57,403 nucleotides of DNA from an uncultured virus (IMG/VR IMGVR_UViG_3300021089_000001) (IMGVR_UViG_3300021089_000001); one strand, 5' to 3'. Positions 1-11,082 are shown, counted from the first letter of the stretch. The notes: generated from the letters alone by a model not told the origin. Numbers and translations are program-made.

Positions 1-1
1 A

Positions 2-1990
2 GAATCAGACCTAAGACCATACAGAAGAGCAAATTCAGGTAACACATCAATTACTTCAAGTGTAATTGCAACGCAAGTAACAGGCGGTACATACGCATTT
101 AATATTGCTGAATCAATAGTTGGTCAAGATGCAATGTCATCTGCGTCTACTATTTCAGTAACAACTACAGCGGCTACAACAGATGCTGATATTATTGCGG
201 CAGGAATTAATGGTGCAGGAATGGTTAACGTTAGTGCAACTGTTGACAGTTTAAACAGAGTTGTAATTTCACACAATGACGGTGGTGAAATGCATATTAC
301 TGATACTGGCGGAGTGTTAGCACTTGCTGGTTTCTCAAGCACAACAACTAATATGGAATATGAGCCAGGTACAGATGCGGCAACAAATCCTAAACAATGG
401 AGAGCTTCTAACTGGAAAGTATTAACATATACAGCTTCAGCAACGGCTCCTACAGCACTTGCGGCAGATGGTCAACTTTGGTATTCTTCAATAATTGATT
501 CCGTTGATATAATGGAACACACTGGTTCTAAATGGGATGGATATTTAACTGTAAATGCAGGAACAGATCCAGCAGGACCACAAGTAAAAGCTACAGCACC
601 TACTACACAATCAGATGACACAGTACTTGTAGCAGGAGATATTTGGATTGATTCATCAGACTTAGAAAATTATCCTAAAATTAATAAATGGAATACAACT
701 TCTCTTAAATGGGTTGCAGTAGATAACAGCGATCAAACAACAGAAGATGGAGTAGTATTTGCAGATGCTAGAAGTTCAACTGCAGGTGCAGATACAACAG
801 ATGCTACAATTGTTGCTTTATTAACAAGTGATTATGTAGATACTGATGCTCCAGATCCAGCATTATATCCAAAAGGAACATTACTAGTCAACTTACGTAG
901 AAGTGGATTTAATGTTAAGAGATTTGCAAGAAATTATGTAGATACTACAGCTAGTAACGTTAGAATGGCTAACGCATCAATGAGTGGTTACTATGCTCAC
1001 AGATGGGTTACAGAATCAGCTAATAATTCAGATGGTTCTGGTGCATTTGGACGACACTCACAAAGAAAAGTTGTTGTACAATCACTTCAAGCAATGGTTA
1101 ATAGCAACCAAGATATTAGAGATGATGAATCTAGAATATTCAATTTAGTTGCGGCTCCAGGTTATCCAGAATTAATTGGAGAACTAGTTAGCTTGAATAC
1201 TGACAGAGGATTATCAGCATTTATAGTTGGTGATGCTCCATTTAGATTATCTTCAGATTCAACATCATTAAGTAATTGGGCAACAAACATTAACTCAGCA
1301 ACTGAAGACAACGACAAAGGTCTTGTAACTTCAAATGATTATCTTGGAGTATTTTATCCATCAGGATTTACAAGCGATAACTTCGGTAAAAATGTAACTG
1401 TTCCAGCAAGTCACATGATGCTTAGAACGATTGCTTTAAGCGATCAAGTTTCTTTCCCATGGTTTGCTCCAGCAGGAACTAGAAGAGGTACTATTACAAA
1501 TGCTACTTCAACTGGTTATATTAATAGCGAAGGTGAATTTACTTCATCAGCATTAAATGAAGGTCAAAGAGATACATTATATTCTAATAATGTTAATCCA
1601 ATTACTTTCATAACAGGTGCAGGTTTAGTTAACTATGGACAAAAAACTAGATCAGGTGCAACATCATCTTTAGACAGAATTAATGTTTCAAGATTAGTAA
1701 TTTACATTAGAAGTCAATTAAACAAATTGGCTAGACCTTTTGTGTTTGAACCTAATGATAAAATTACAAGAGACGAAATTAAAGCTCAAGCAGACAGCCT
1801 ATTACTTGAATTAGTAGGTAACAGAGCATTATACGACTTCTTAGTAGTGTGTGATGAATCAAATAACACACCTGCAAGAATAGACAGAAACGAACTTTAT
1901 TTAGACATAGCAATAGAGCCAGTTAAAGCAGTGGAATTTATATACATTCCATTAAGACTTAAAAATACTGGTGAAATAGCAGGTTTATAA
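2..1990 (+). CDS. Contractile tail sheath protein (T4 gp18-like), 5'-truncated by window
   Basis: Frame is open from base 2, upstream of the tracked ATG at 134; sheath C-terminal motifs PWFAPAGTRRG, LYSNNVNPI, RINVSRL, FEPND, VVCDESNN, IEPVKAVEFIYI. Confidence 0.95.
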   Translation, partial: ESDLRPYRRANSGNTSITSSVIATQVTGGTYAFNIAESIVGQDAMSSASTISVTTTAATTDADIIAAGINGAGMVNVSATVDSLNRVVISHNDGGEMHITDTGGVLALAGFSSTTTNMEYEPGTDAATNPKQWRASNWKVLTYTASATAPTALAADGQLWYSSIIDSVDIMEHTGSKWDGYLTVNAGTDPAGPQVKATAPTTQSDDTVLVAGDIWIDSSDLENYPKINKWNTTSLKWVAVDNSDQTTEDGVVFADARSSTAGADTTDATIVALLTSDYVDTDAPDPALYPKGTLLVNLRRSGFNVKRFARNYVDTTASNVRMANASMSGYYAHRWVTESANNSDGSGAFGRHSQRKVVVQSLQAMVNSNQDIRDDESRIFNLVAAPGYPELIGELVSLNTDRGLSAFIVGDAPFRLSSDSTSLSNWATNINSATEDNDKGLVTSNDYLGVFYPSGFTSDNFGKNVTVPASHMMLRTIALSDQVSFPWFAPAGTRRGTITNATSTGYINSEGEFTSSALNEGQRDTLYSNNVNPITFITGAGLVNYGQKTRSGATSSLDRINVSRLVIYIRSQLNKLARPFVFEPNDKITRDEIKAQADSLLLELVGNRALYDFLVVCDESNNTPARIDRNELYLDIAIEPVKAVEFIYIPLRLKNTGEIAGL

Positions 1991-1993
1991 TAA

Positions 1994-2001
1994 GATAAAT
2001 A
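1994..2001 (+). promoter_or_regulatory. T4-late-like promoter motif GATAAATA
   Basis: One mismatch to T4 TATAAATA, followed by AGGAG RBS and tail tube ATG; the same core recurs before many structural genes. Confidence 0.65.
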
Positions 2002-2016
2002 CTATAGGAGAAACAA

Positions 2017-2643
2017 ATGAGTATATCGACACTATCAAAGATCACAGTACCATTGAATTCTAGCCAATCAGCTAGTAATCAAGGTCTATTGATGCCTAAA
2101 TTACAATATCGTTTTAGAGTATCATTAGAAAACTTTGGTGTATCAACTCCTACAACTGAACTAACAAAACAAGTTGTTGATGTTACAAGACCTAATTTAA
2201 CTTTTGAAAACACAACAATAGATGTTTACAATTCTAAAGTATTTTTAGCAGGTAAACATACTTGGGAACCAATTACTTTAACATTAAGAGAAGATGTTGC
2301 AAATAACGTTCAAAAATTAGTTGGAGAACAACTACAGAAACAATTTGATTTCTTTGAACAATCTGCGGCGGCTTCAGGTGCAGATTACAAATTTGTAACT
2401 AGAATAGAAGTAACTGATGGTGCAAATGGTGCCAATGTAGTTAATATTTTAGAAACATATGAATTATATGGTTGCTATGTTCAATCAGCAAACTATAATA
2501 CTTTAGCATACAACTCTAGTGAACCAGTAACTGTTACGTTAGTAATGCATTATGATAATGCTATACAAACACCACAAGGTACAGGAATAGGTACGTCAGT
2601 GGGCAGAACAGTTAATACTTTAATCACTGGTGGCGGTGCATAA
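2017..2643 (+). CDS. Tail tube protein (gp19-like)
   Basis: Directly after sheath; motifs YRFRV, RPNLTFE, AGKHTWEPITLTLRED, YELYGCY typical of myovirus tube proteins. Confidence 0.85.
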   Translation: MSISTLSKITVPLNSSQSASNQGLLMPKLQYRFRVSLENFGVSTPTTELTKQVVDVTRPNLTFENTTIDVYNSKVFLAGKHTWEPITLTLREDVANNVQKLVGEQLQKQFDFFEQSAAASGADYKFVTRIEVTDGANGANVVNILETYELYGCYVQSANYNTLAYNSSEPVTVTLVMHYDNAIQTPQGTGIGTSVGRTVNTLITGGGA

Positions 2644-2673
2644 TAACAAAATTTAAAATTCCACTAATAGAGG

Positions 2674-2697
2674 AGGCGCTATGGCGCCTTTTTTATT
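2674..2697 (+). terminator. Rho-independent terminator
   Basis: AGGCGC-TATG-GCGCCT stem-loop followed by TTTTTATT. Confidence 0.8.
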
Positions 2698-2732
2698 CTC
2701 TGCCCTGTTTTTCTACTCGATAAATACTGTAT

Positions 2733-3881
2733 ATGGCAAATTTACTAAACGGATTTTTGGATAACTTAAAAAGCGGTGTCCTGTCACCAAAAGGTAATCT
2801 TGGTGATTTCGCTCACGCGGCTAGATTATATGTAGACGATAGTTTTAGACTTGCTCCAAAAGTAAAATTTTTATATCACGTAACATTTAATTTAAATAAG
2901 AATATTCCAATAGCAAATCCTCCAATATGGAAACACGGAACAGAATTGAATATGTTAGTAAAAGGTGTTGAATTACCTAAATATTCTATTGATACAGACA
3001 CAGTTTTTGCATATAATAAAAAAAGAAAAATTCACAAAAAAATTCAATATGATCCTATAAACGTTGTATTCCATGATGACAATTATGGTGTAACAACTGC
3101 ATTATGGGAATGCTATTTTAGATATTATTTTAAAGATGGTAATTATGGAGCTCTTAATACTATGGGGCATCCTGATGCAGGTATACCTAGAGAATTTAAT
3201 AGAACACAAGGAGGTCCATTTAATAGAGGAAATTCTTATTTGTCATCCACACATAATAGATATAGATTTGGTTTAGATGCAGGATCTTATGAACCATTTT
3301 TTCATAGTATTCAAATATATCAAATGGCTAGAAAAACATTTACTTGTTTTACATTAGTTAATCCTATAATTTCTAGTTGGACACATGATTCACTTCAAAA
3401 TGGAGAATCAGGTCCATTAACAAATATGATGGGCATAGAATATGAAACTGTATTTTATAGCAGAGGTAAAGTAGTTCAAGGTAGTGCACCTAAAGGATTT
3501 GCTTTAGAACATTACGATAAAACTCCAAGTCCTAATTCATTAAGTGGTGGCGGAACTACAAGTGTATTTGGTCAAGGAGGAATATTAAGTGGATTATTTA
3601 ATGACGGTACAGGACCTAACACATACATAGGCAGTCAATTAGGTGCAGGTGGAGGTAAAATGACTTTAGGAACTATTATAAGAACTGCTAATAGAATTAA
3701 AAATGCTAAAAATTTATCTAAAGGTGGATTAATGCAAGAAGGTTTTAATATACTAACAGGTGCAATTGGAAAAATAGGTGGTACATCTGATTCTTCTTAT
3801 GGTGTTGCTAATACTGTTATTGGTAGATCAGTACAAAATGTTAGAGGTGGAATAGTTAAAGCAATTAAAGGATTAAAATAA
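2733..3881 (+). CDS. Tail-tube-fold baseplate/tube initiator protein (gp48/gp54-like)
   Basis: Tube-like motifs (VELPKYSIDT, IQYDPINVVFHDD, IEYETV); GATAAATA at 2719-2726; position after tube gene. Confidence 0.55.
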   Translation: MANLLNGFLDNLKSGVLSPKGNLGDFAHAARLYVDDSFRLAPKVKFLYHVTFNLNKNIPIANPPIWKHGTELNMLVKGVELPKYSIDTDTVFAYNKKRKIHKKIQYDPINVVFHDDNYGVTTALWECYFRYYFKDGNYGALNTMGHPDAGIPREFNRTQGGPFNRGNSYLSSTHNRYRFGLDAGSYEPFFHSIQIYQMARKTFTCFTLVNPIISSWTHDSLQNGESGPLTNMMGIEYETVFYSRGKVVQGSAPKGFALEHYDKTPSPNSLSGGGTTSVFGQGGILSGLFNDGTGPNTYIGSQLGAGGGKMTLGTIIRTANRIKNAKNLSKGGLMQEGFNILTGAIGKIGGTSDSSYGVANTVIGRSVQNVRGGIVKAIKGLK

Positions 3882-3882
3882 T

Positions 3883-4251
3883 ATGTCACAAAATATACCA
3901 AGTACTACTGAAAATAATTCAGAAACTTCAGTAAAACAATTTTTTAATAAATTTTTTACAGAGACTATAACATTTCCTAGTAATCAAGTAGATGCAGTTG
4001 TAGGATTTTTTGAATCTAAAGGATTTGATAAAGTTGCTAGTATAAGCACAGCTACAATTTTATTGCAACAAGCAAAAATAGATAATGTAAATGTATTTCA
4101 ATTAATTGATACATTAAAAGGATTAGAAACAGCTAGATTAAGTTACATGGTAACAGAAGTATTAAATCATAATAGATCAAAAATTTCATCTTTAGGTTAT
4201 AAAATAACCGATTCAAACGAGGCCACTCAAAAAAGAAATATAGTGGTATAG
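3883..4251 (+). CDS. Hypothetical protein (virion module)
   Basis: 122-aa ORF tightly packed in the structural operon. Confidence 0.6.
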   Translation: MSQNIPSTTENNSETSVKQFFNKFFTETITFPSNQVDAVVGFFESKGFDKVASISTATILLQQAKIDNVNVFQLIDTLKGLETARLSYMVTEVLNHNRSKISSLGYKITDSNEATQKRNIVV

Positions 4252-4254
4252 TCC

Positions 4255-4692
4255 ATGAAGCGTTATCTAAGTGGCAAATTCAATCCTAAAAATCCTGGCA
4301 AATACATAGGTAATAGATCTCCTTTATATAGATCAAGTTGGGAATTCGCTTTCATGAGATTCTGTGATGAAAGTCCTAGTATTAGTAAATGGGCCAATGA
4401 AGCAATTAAAATTCCTTACAAACACCCTTTCACAGGAAAGTTTTCAATTTATGTTCCTGATTTCTTTATAGCATACACAGATAAAAAAGGAAAAAGCCAC
4501 GCAGAAGTTATAGAAATTAAACCTGAAAATCAAACTAAAAAAGAAAGTTTAGGTGAAAGCAAAGCTAATAAAATACACTATGTCATCAATCAAGCCAAAT
4601 GGCATTCCGCTATAGCATGGTGTAAAAACAAAGGTTTTAGATTTAGAGTTGTTAATGAGAAAGACCTTTTCCATACTGGAAGACGCGGATAA
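4255..4692 (+). CDS. Head completion nuclease (T4 gp4-like, TnsA-type PD-(D/E)XK)
   Basis: YRSSWE...W.NE...IPY...Y.PDF...EIKP signature. Confidence 0.85.
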   Translation: MKRYLSGKFNPKNPGKYIGNRSPLYRSSWEFAFMRFCDESPSISKWANEAIKIPYKHPFTGKFSIYVPDFFIAYTDKKGKSHAEVIEIKPENQTKKESLGESKANKIHYVINQAKWHSAIAWCKNKGFRFRVVNEKDLFHTGRRG

Positions 4693-4722
4693 AATTCTAA
4701 ATAAATATAGTAACATATAATT

Positions 4723-5232
4723 ATGACCAAAAAATTAGAAGAATTATTGGATTTGCCTGAATCTAAAGAAATAGTAGATGAAGAAAAAGCTAAAGAAGAA
4801 GAAAAAGCTGACATTAAAAAAGTAAAAATTGAAGACCACGAATCTACTAAAAGGAACATAGCAGAATTAGACAAAATAACATCCGCTTTACCTCAAGTAA
4901 AAGGACTAGGAGATATGACTGATACAGAGGTAAATGATATTAGTTCTAGAGCCATTGATGCATATGAAGATTTAATGGACTTAGGTATGAACGTAGAAAG
5001 TAGATATTCCTCTAGAGTATTTGAAGTAGCAGGACAAATGCTTAAAACAGCCCTAGATGCCAGGGTAGCTAAAATAGATAAGAAGCTTAAAATGGTTGAT
5101 TTACAGTTAAAGAAACAAAAACAAGACTCTAAACAGGGTGTTGATGACACTACTAACATAGTACAGGGCGAAGGATATGTCATTACTGACCGGAACAGTT
5201 TACTCGAGAAGTTGAAGAAACTGGCTAAATAA
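4723..5232 (+). CDS. Probable terminase small subunit (gp16-like)
   Basis: Helical protein with RVFEVAGQMLK motif resembling gp16 family; upstream of large terminase; late motif at about 4700. Confidence 0.55.
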   Translation: MTKKLEELLDLPESKEIVDEEKAKEEEKADIKKVKIEDHESTKRNIAELDKITSALPQVKGLGDMTDTEVNDISSRAIDAYEDLMDLGMNVESRYSSRVFEVAGQMLKTALDARVAKIDKKLKMVDLQLKKQKQDSKQGVDDTTNIVQGEGYVITDRNSLLEKLKKLAK

Positions 5233-5237
5233 TGCAT

Positions 5238-5786
5238 ATGAGCAAAAGTTTTAAAGAATATCTAGCTGAAAGTAAAAGAACTTACAATTTTAAAGTAGGT
5301 CTAGCAGGTGATCTTGCAGAAGGTACTGTTGACAAACTTGAATCAGCTATGCAGAAATACAGTGTAGTTAAAATGAGTAATGGCAAAAAAACGCCTATTC
5401 AGAAAAAAGCATTAGATTTTCCTGCATTAGAAAATACAGAAGTTACATATTTTGATATTGAAGTTGAATATCCAACAACTACTTCTGTACTTGAAGAATA
5501 TTTAAAACATACATTAGGTTTAGCTGAAAATCATATAGTAGTTAGAAAACCTGGTGACCCTTTAGTTGCTCAACAAGAAGAGCCAAAAGCAGGTGACGGA
5601 AAAGCTAATTTAGAAAGTGAATATCCTAAAGCTGATCCTAAAGCACAACAAACAGTAGGCAGTTCTAGAGTAATGGAATTACTTAAAGATTTAGAAAAAG
5701 CTAGAAAAGAAAGACCTAAAGAAGACGCGGCGGATGCCATTAAAGATATTAAGGCTCCTAAAGATGCAAAGATAATGGAGAGATAA
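5238..5786 (+). CDS. Hypothetical protein
   Basis: ORF starting MSKSFKEYLAE; CTAAATA at 5225-5231. Confidence 0.6.
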   Translation: MSKSFKEYLAESKRTYNFKVGLAGDLAEGTVDKLESAMQKYSVVKMSNGKKTPIQKKALDFPALENTEVTYFDIEVEYPTTTSVLEEYLKHTLGLAENHIVVRKPGDPLVAQQEEPKAGDGKANLESEYPKADPKAQQTVGSSRVMELLKDLEKARKERPKEDAADAIKDIKAPKDAKIMER

Positions 5787-5789
5787 AAA

Positions 5790-6260
5790 ATGGATATTAG
5801 AGATTTTATAGGTAAAGTAAACAAGATTCAAAGCAAAGAAGAAAACAGAAAAGAAGCTAATAAAGAAACGATAAAAGAGTCAGTTCAGTTTTCTATGGTT
5901 GGTGACAATCTTGGTGACATTCAAAACTTTTTACAAATTTTTAAAAACGCAGGAGTAGAAGCACCAAAAATGGATGCCGCTACTACTACACAAGACGTAG
6001 AAGATATAGTTCAACCTGAAACAGATGCTACTGAAGATAAAATTCCAGGAGATAATGAAACTAATTCACCTCATCCAGAAGTTAAAGATACAAACTTTAT
6101 GACAAAGGATATCGCAGGTGGTATTAATAAAGCTAAAAAGACTTATCCAAAAGTTTCATCTGGAGACAATCCAATGGCTATGGAACAAGAAACTGTTGAT
6201 TTTGTTGCAAAAGTTAAAGAAGATATAGCAAGTCAATACAAAGAATACAAAGCAAAGTAG
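5790..6260 (+). CDS. Hypothetical acidic protein (possible head-associated)
   Basis: 156-aa ORF with GGAG RBS. Confidence 0.55.
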   Translation: MDIRDFIGKVNKIQSKEENRKEANKETIKESVQFSMVGDNLGDIQNFLQIFKNAGVEAPKMDAATTTQDVEDIVQPETDATEDKIPGDNETNSPHPEVKDTNFMTKDIAGGINKAKKTYPKVSSGDNPMAMEQETVDFVAKVKEDIASQYKEYKAK

Positions 6261-6305
6261 TTTTCAAAACATATTCCACCCCCCAGTTTACTACTAAATA
6301 TTAGT

Positions 6306-7898
6306 ATGTCAATGAAAAGTTTAGATGGTGTATTAACCAAAAAAGCACACCTTAAGGAAAAATTTACAGAAAAACAACTAGCAGATCTCACTGAATGTAC
6401 AGATCCAGAGCAAGGGTTTAGACATTTTGCTAAAAATTATTTTCATATTCAACATCCAGTAAAAGGTAAATTACTATTCGTACCTTATGAATACCAAGAT
6501 AGACTTTTAACAAGTTATCATAATTTTAGATTTAATATTAATATGCTACCGCGACAAAGTGGTAAAACTACTTCAGCCGCTTGTTATCTATTGTGGTATG
6601 CTATGTTTCATCCAGATCAAGTTATATTAATAGCCGCACATAAATTTGCAGGCGCTCAAGAAATTATGCAACGTATTCGTTATGGATATGAATTATGTCC
6701 TGATCATATTAGAGCAGGTGTAATAAATTATAACAAAGGTTCTATGGAATTTGAAAATGGAAGTAGAATAGTTAGCACAACAACAACTACAAATACTGGA
6801 AGAGGTATGGCAATATCATTATTATATTGTGATGAGTTTGCTTTCGTAAATGCCAATATAGCTAGAGAATTTTGGACTTCTATTTCACCAACATTAGCAA
6901 CAGGAGGTAAAGCAATAGTTACATCAACTCCTAATTCAGATGAAGATATGTTTGCAACTTTATGGAAACAATCTCAAGATAAATTTGATGAACATGGTAA
7001 TGAAGCAGAACTTGGGGCAAATGGTTTTCATGGTTATACTTGTATGTGGAATGAACATCCGGATCGTGATGAAGAATGGAAACAACAAGAATTAGTTAGA
7101 ATAGGAGAAGAAAGATTTAGACGAGAATATGGTTGTGAATTTTTAGTTTATGAAGAAACTTTAATTAATAGTATTTTCTTATCAACGTTAGAAGGAAAAG
7201 AACCTATATTGAATATGGGACAAACACGTTGGTATGAAAAAATTAATTCAGAAAGTATTTACGTAATAGCATTAGATCCTGCAATGGGTACCGGTGGTGA
7301 CAATGCCGCAATCCAAGTTTATGAATTACCTAGTTACAAACAAGTCGGCGAATGGAAACATAATATGACTGGTATACCACAACAAGTTAGAATTCTAAAA
7401 GACATTTCAACTTATATAAAAGATGAATCAAGAAATCCTAATGGTTCAAATATATATTGGAGTGTAGAAAATAATACAATAGGAGAGTCAGCATTGTTAG
7501 TAATTCAAGACTTTGGTGAGGACACTATACCTGGTATGTTTGTAAATGAGCCTATTAGAAAAGGTCATATTAGAAAATTTAGAAAAGGATTTAATACAAC
7601 ACACAAAACTAAAATAAGTGCCTGTGCAAGATTAAAATCTATGATAGAAAGAAACAAAATGACAGTTCATAGTAAACCACTAATTAGTGAACTTAAATCT
7701 TATATAGCATCAGGTTCCTCTTATAGAGCTAAAACGGGTGAACATGATGACCTAGTTAGTGCATCTTTATTAGCTATGAGAATTATACAAGTATTAAAGG
7801 ATTGGGATCCTAAAGTATATACGTCATTTAGCCAGGCAGACGAGGATACAACAGAAAGAGTTATACCACTGCCGGTGTTCGCAAGTTACACAGGTTGA
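6306..7898 (+). CDS. Terminase large subunit (gp17-like)
   Basis: Walker A PRQSGKTT, Walker B LLYCDEFAF, TSTPN coupling motif, RNase H nuclease ALDPAMG and HDDLV. Confidence 0.95.
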   Translation: MSMKSLDGVLTKKAHLKEKFTEKQLADLTECTDPEQGFRHFAKNYFHIQHPVKGKLLFVPYEYQDRLLTSYHNFRFNINMLPRQSGKTTSAACYLLWYAMFHPDQVILIAAHKFAGAQEIMQRIRYGYELCPDHIRAGVINYNKGSMEFENGSRIVSTTTTTNTGRGMAISLLYCDEFAFVNANIAREFWTSISPTLATGGKAIVTSTPNSDEDMFATLWKQSQDKFDEHGNEAELGANGFHGYTCMWNEHPDRDEEWKQQELVRIGEERFRREYGCEFLVYEETLINSIFLSTLEGKEPILNMGQTRWYEKINSESIYVIALDPAMGTGGDNAAIQVYELPSYKQVGEWKHNMTGIPQQVRILKDISTYIKDESRNPNGSNIYWSVENNTIGESALLVIQDFGEDTIPGMFVNEPIRKGHIRKFRKGFNTTHKTKISACARLKSMIERNKMTVHSKPLISELKSYIASGSSYRAKTGEHDDLVSASLLAMRIIQVLKDWDPKVYTSFSQADEDTTERVIPLPVFASYTG

Positions 7899-7912
7899 TA
7901 AATACAAGATAT

Positions 7913-9994
7913 ATGAATACAAAAGTAGTTGCAAACGATTTATTCAATAAAATTAGGGGACGATTTCCATCTGTCACTTTGGGCAATGATGCGGGAGAAG
8001 TTACTAATAACCCCGAAGAAGCACGTTATTTTGACTTCGATTTTAAGGAGGACGGAAAGCAACTAGGAAAGGTAAGTATTAGTATAGACGACAAAGATGG
8101 TCTAGTAGTACTACATAATACGGATTTTATAGAAAATGCCGATAGTGGAGTAAAGCATAAGTGGTTTGAGTTTCTTAAAGAACTAAGAACCTTTGCTAAA
8201 GCAAGAATGCTTAATTTTGATACAAGGGATATTACTAAAAGTAACCTTGAAAAAAGAGACTATCAGTTTTTGAGTCAAACACGGAGAGATGGCAAGGAAA
8301 ATAATATGAGTGAGTCTAATATATACGGAACTACAAAAACTAGTTTTCAACCTATTGGAAATGCACGTTTAGTTATTAAACATTCTGCTCCAATAGATAT
8401 GACAGTTGGTGGTGGTAGATCTCGAAGAATAGAATCTTTATTCATTGAAAGTCCTACAGGAGAAAGATTTAGATATCCCCTTAAACATCTTAATGGTGCG
8501 AGAGCAATGGCACAACATATTTCAAATGGCGGTGTTCCTTATGATGATTTTGGGAAACACATAGCAGGATTAAGTGAAGAACTTTCAAAATTAAAACAAT
8601 TTAAAACATATATTAATCGTTCAGCTGTAATGGCAGAAGGTCTTAAAGGTTATCTATCTATTGTAGATGAAAGAGTAGAAGAAATTAAAAGTACCTGCCA
8701 AAAATTACAAAAAAATTCATATTATTCAGAAGCAATTAAAGATTACAAAACAACAGAAATTAAAGAAGTACCAGAAGAAATTAAACAAAATTGGGTAGAC
8801 GAATTAACAATTAAAACTTTTAAAGAAGAATTAAAAGATGTATTTCCTTACATTTATAATTTAGTTTCAGAAAAAACATCATCTACAGAAGTTACGCCAG
8901 AAGATTTTGAAGAAGCAGGAGGCTTTCAAGGAGAAACAGAACCTCATATGCTTCAGTATGATTTAGCAGGTGACTACGATAGAGAAAGAGGCGTATCAGA
9001 TCAAGACGCTGAAGCAATTAAAGCCAAATTAGCAGACGCTGGTATTACAGCAGAAGTACATCCAGATGAAATGCGTTATAATGGAGTTCATATTCATACA
9101 TTATCATCTGCAGAAGAAGTAGAAAAAGTTTTAGGTGATATGATTGAACATATTGCTGACATAGGAGATTTTGATCAAGCATTAGATTCTATTGTGGGCG
9201 AAGCAGAAAATGGTTTATTTTCATCTGATCCTGAAGAAGCTAAACAATCATTATCAACATTAAATAATTTAATGGACAAACATTTCCCTGCAGGAGTAAA
9301 TGGTGTTAATGGTTTAGAAAGTTTACAAGGTATTATCGACGATAAAGAATTAAACGATCAAATAGTGTCAATGGGTAAAGAAGATAGTGATACTTGTATA
9401 AGAGGTACAATAATGAATTATATTAAAAGCAAAAGACCAGATTTAGCTCAAAGTATTAATGTAGGCGATATGAGACCAGAAGGAGAAACATTAACTTGGG
9501 AAAATATTAAACCTTATGTATCTGTACAAAGAGACGCCGATAATAAAGTTCAATATCATGTATTAGACAAAGATGAAAAAGACATATTTGTAACACATGA
9601 TTCTAAAGAAGCAACACAATTTTTAAGAAACAATTTTAATGACTTAAGAAAAGGTACAGCAAAACCAGAAATGCCAGCAGGTTGGGAAGATGATTCCGGT
9701 AATGTTTCTATAATGAAAGGACCAGATGGCAAAATTAGTTTAGAACCAAAGAGTGATGGTCCAGGAAAAGAAGAAGAACCAAAACTTGATGATCCAAAAA
9801 ATTTAGATGAATTTATTAAAAGCCATTTTGATTATACAACTAACAATTTTCCAAAAGGTGAAACAGGTCTTTTAACAGCAGTTGAAAAAAGATTTGGTGA
9901 AAAACACGTAAGAACTGCTGAAGCTATTATCCAAAAATTAATGACGGGCCAAGATAGAGAAATTAATAGAATAAAAAAATTGGCTGGCGTTTAA
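7913..9994 (+). CDS. Large acidic hypothetical protein, probably virion-associated
   Basis: Start reassigned to ATG 7913 after GATAAATA (7897-7904); C-terminal EINRIKKLAGV. Confidence 0.6.
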   Translation: MNTKVVANDLFNKIRGRFPSVTLGNDAGEVTNNPEEARYFDFDFKEDGKQLGKVSISIDDKDGLVVLHNTDFIENADSGVKHKWFEFLKELRTFAKARMLNFDTRDITKSNLEKRDYQFLSQTRRDGKENNMSESNIYGTTKTSFQPIGNARLVIKHSAPIDMTVGGGRSRRIESLFIESPTGERFRYPLKHLNGARAMAQHISNGGVPYDDFGKHIAGLSEELSKLKQFKTYINRSAVMAEGLKGYLSIVDERVEEIKSTCQKLQKNSYYSEAIKDYKTTEIKEVPEEIKQNWVDELTIKTFKEELKDVFPYIYNLVSEKTSSTEVTPEDFEEAGGFQGETEPHMLQYDLAGDYDRERGVSDQDAEAIKAKLADAGITAEVHPDEMRYNGVHIHTLSSAEEVEKVLGDMIEHIADIGDFDQALDSIVGEAENGLFSSDPEEAKQSLSTLNNLMDKHFPAGVNGVNGLESLQGIIDDKELNDQIVSMGKEDSDTCIRGTIMNYIKSKRPDLAQSINVGDMRPEGETLTWENIKPYVSVQRDADNKVQYHVLDKDEKDIFVTHDSKEATQFLRNNFNDLRKGTAKPEMPAGWEDDSGNVSIMKGPDGKISLEPKSDGPGKEEEPKLDDPKNLDEFIKSHFDYTTNNFPKGETGLLTAVEKRFGEKHVRTAEAIIQKLMTGQDREINRIKKLAGV

Positions 9995-10021
9995 TCCTAA
10001 AATATTATCCAAAAAAAATAC

Positions 10022-10078
10022 TTGACTAAATAACAATGTTAATATAGTATTGACATTATGCTTGTCTTATGCTACATT
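10022..10078 (+). promoter_or_regulatory. Stacked promoters for gp32: TTGACT-N17-TAGTAT, CTAAATA, TTGACA-N17-TACATT
   Basis: Read directly at 10022-10050, 10026-10032 and 10050-10078. Confidence 0.65.
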
Positions 10079-10125
10079 AACAATAAGGCACAATTAACAA
10101 AGGCTAAAAATAGGAGGCTTATATT

Positions 10126-11073
10126 ATGGCAACATTAGCAGACATTCGTGCAAAACTTAAAGAACAAGAAGCACGACAAGGCGGCGGAAGCCGATCAGGC
10201 GGAGACAACGCCATTTTTCCATTTTGGAATCTGAAAGAAGGAGAGCAGGCAACTGTTCGTTTCTTGCCGGATGGAAATAAAGAAAACACTTTTTTCTGGA
10301 AGGAACGTTTAATGATTAAACTACCTTTCCAAGGTATTAAAAGTGATACAGACTCTAAACCGATACAGGTTCAAGTTCCATGTATGGAAATGTATGGAGA
10401 AACTTGTCCTATACTATCAGAGGTTAGAGGATGGTTTAAAGATCCCAAGTTAGAGGATATGGGAAGAAAATATTGGAAGAAAAGATCTTATATCTTTCAA
10501 GGTTTTGTTGGAACAAATCCTTTAAATGAGGAAACTACACCAGAAAATCCAATTAGAAGATTTATAATTGGACCACAAATTTTCCAAATTATCAAAGGTG
10601 CATTAATGGACCCAGACATGGAAGATTTGCCAACGGATTCAGTAAACGGTGTTGATTTTAGAATAATCAAAACTAGCAAAGGTGGCTATGCAGATTATTC
10701 AACTTCGACTTGGTCAAGAAAATCAAGACCACTTTCTGAAGAAGAAACTAAAGCAGTTGAACAACATAGTTTGTGGAACTTGAGCGACTTTCTTCCAAAG
10801 AAACCATCTGAAGTAGACGTTAAAGTAATCAAAGAAATGTTTGAAGCATCTGTGGATGGCGAAGCATATGACCAAGAAAAATATGGTCAATACTTTAGAC
10901 CAGCAGGTATTGGTGCAAGAACAGGTGATCCAGTAGCAACGCCAAAAGCGTCTACACCGGCTCCTAAAAAGGATACGGTTCAGGAAACGCCAAAGTCTAA
11001 TGCTGATACTACTAAACAGAATAGTAAAGCTGAAGACATTTTAGCGATGATTAGAGCAAGACAACAAAAGTAA
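10126..11073 (+). CDS. Single-stranded DNA-binding protein (gp32-like)
   Basis: VRFLPD, CMEMYGETCP, YWKKRSY, GVDFRIIK, YADYSTS motifs; adjacent to uvsX. Confidence 0.9.
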   Translation: MATLADIRAKLKEQEARQGGGSRSGGDNAIFPFWNLKEGEQATVRFLPDGNKENTFFWKERLMIKLPFQGIKSDTDSKPIQVQVPCMEMYGETCPILSEVRGWFKDPKLEDMGRKYWKKRSYIFQGFVGTNPLNEETTPENPIRRFIIGPQIFQIIKGALMDPDMEDLPTDSVNGVDFRIIKTSKGGYADYSTSTWSRKSRPLSEEETKAVEQHSLWNLSDFLPKKPSEVDVKVIKEMFEASVDGEAYDQEKYGQYFRPAGIGARTGDPVATPKASTPAPKKDTVQETPKSNADTTKQNSKAEDILAMIRARQQK

Positions 11074-11082
11074 CTTAATTAA

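Noticed and set aside
4255..4692. TnsA-like nuclease as sign of a Tn7 element
   Set aside because: Context and motifs fit T4 gp4 head-completion nuclease; no other transposon genes or ends
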